Both the position numbers and the translations under genes were made by a program. A DNA stretch of 40,204 nucleotides from a virus. Its lineage: Duplodnaviria > Caudoviricetes. Positions 39,958-40,204 of the stretch are shown here, piece by piece. The first letter of the stretch is position 1, and each line of letters begins with the position of its first letter. The notes under the pieces are model-generated. The model was given only the letters and a program-made list of their open reading frames with translations. It was not told where the DNA came from and ran no database searches. The stretch is taken from the IMG/VR virus record IMGVR_UViG_3300037851_001126, positions 1-40,204 of that record. One strand, 5' to 3'.

Positions 39958-40077
39958 GCCGCCACAAAACTCTCAAACTTCTCATCTTCGTCCGCCGCCT
40001 TCCCGACCCCCACATTCTCAACTACTTCCGCCTATTCCCGCCTTCTTCCGCCTTTCTTTAATTCAGCGGGGTTGCTC
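39958..40077 (-). promoter_or_regulatory. Prophage right end with inverted end motif
   Basis: Minus strand TTTGAGAGTTTTGTGGCGG (39959-39977) vs left TTTGAGAGTTTTGGGCGG; weaker TTGAGAAT at 40014-40021. Confidence 0.65.
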
Positions 40078-40204
40078 GCTGTGTTGCCGCAATCGTCGGT
40101 GGCGGTCCAGGTCCGGGTCAGTGTGTAGCTGTTGGGGCAGGTGCCATCCGTGCGTGTCTCAGTGAAATCGACCGGCACATGGGCGTCGCAGTTGTCCGAG
40201 GCGG
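40078..40204 (-). pseudogene. Upstream part of the interrupted host HYR-like repeat gene (begins with right TSD GCTGT)
   Basis: Same 240-bp unit; frame now runs into the phage end as ...DDCGNTASNPAELKKGGRRRE* (stop 40032-40034). Confidence 0.8.

Overview
The window holds an apparently complete ~38.2 kb transposable (Mu-like) prophage (about 1844-40077). It is inserted, with a 5-bp target duplication (GCTGT at 1839-1843 and 40078-40082), into a host minus-strand gene made of near-identical 240-bp/80-aa Cys-containing HYR-like repeats that resume on both sides. The prophage is organised divergently around a central switch at ~29.9 kb formed by two head-to-head ribbon-helix-helix genes. Leftward (minus strand) run lysis/accessory genes (permuted NlpC/P60 amidase, Flp pilin, secreted FN3/Ig protein, SNase nuclease), terminases, portal, protease/scaffold, capsid and a sheath-less (siphovirus-like) tail module. 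Rightward (plus strand) run the MuA-like transposase, MuB-like ATPase, small early genes and, unusually, MuF, a minimal PolX and a MuG-like gene. The most notable system is a pair of virion-linked candidate toxins. The portal carries a C-terminal PBECR2-like nuclease domain behind LxNR-type motifs that recur in the prohead protease, and it is faced by a promoter-driven, tRNA-sized structured RNA. MuF carries a JAB-like domain. Members of one small antisense protein family lie next to both toxin loci. All calls come from reading motifs by eye; no searches were run.
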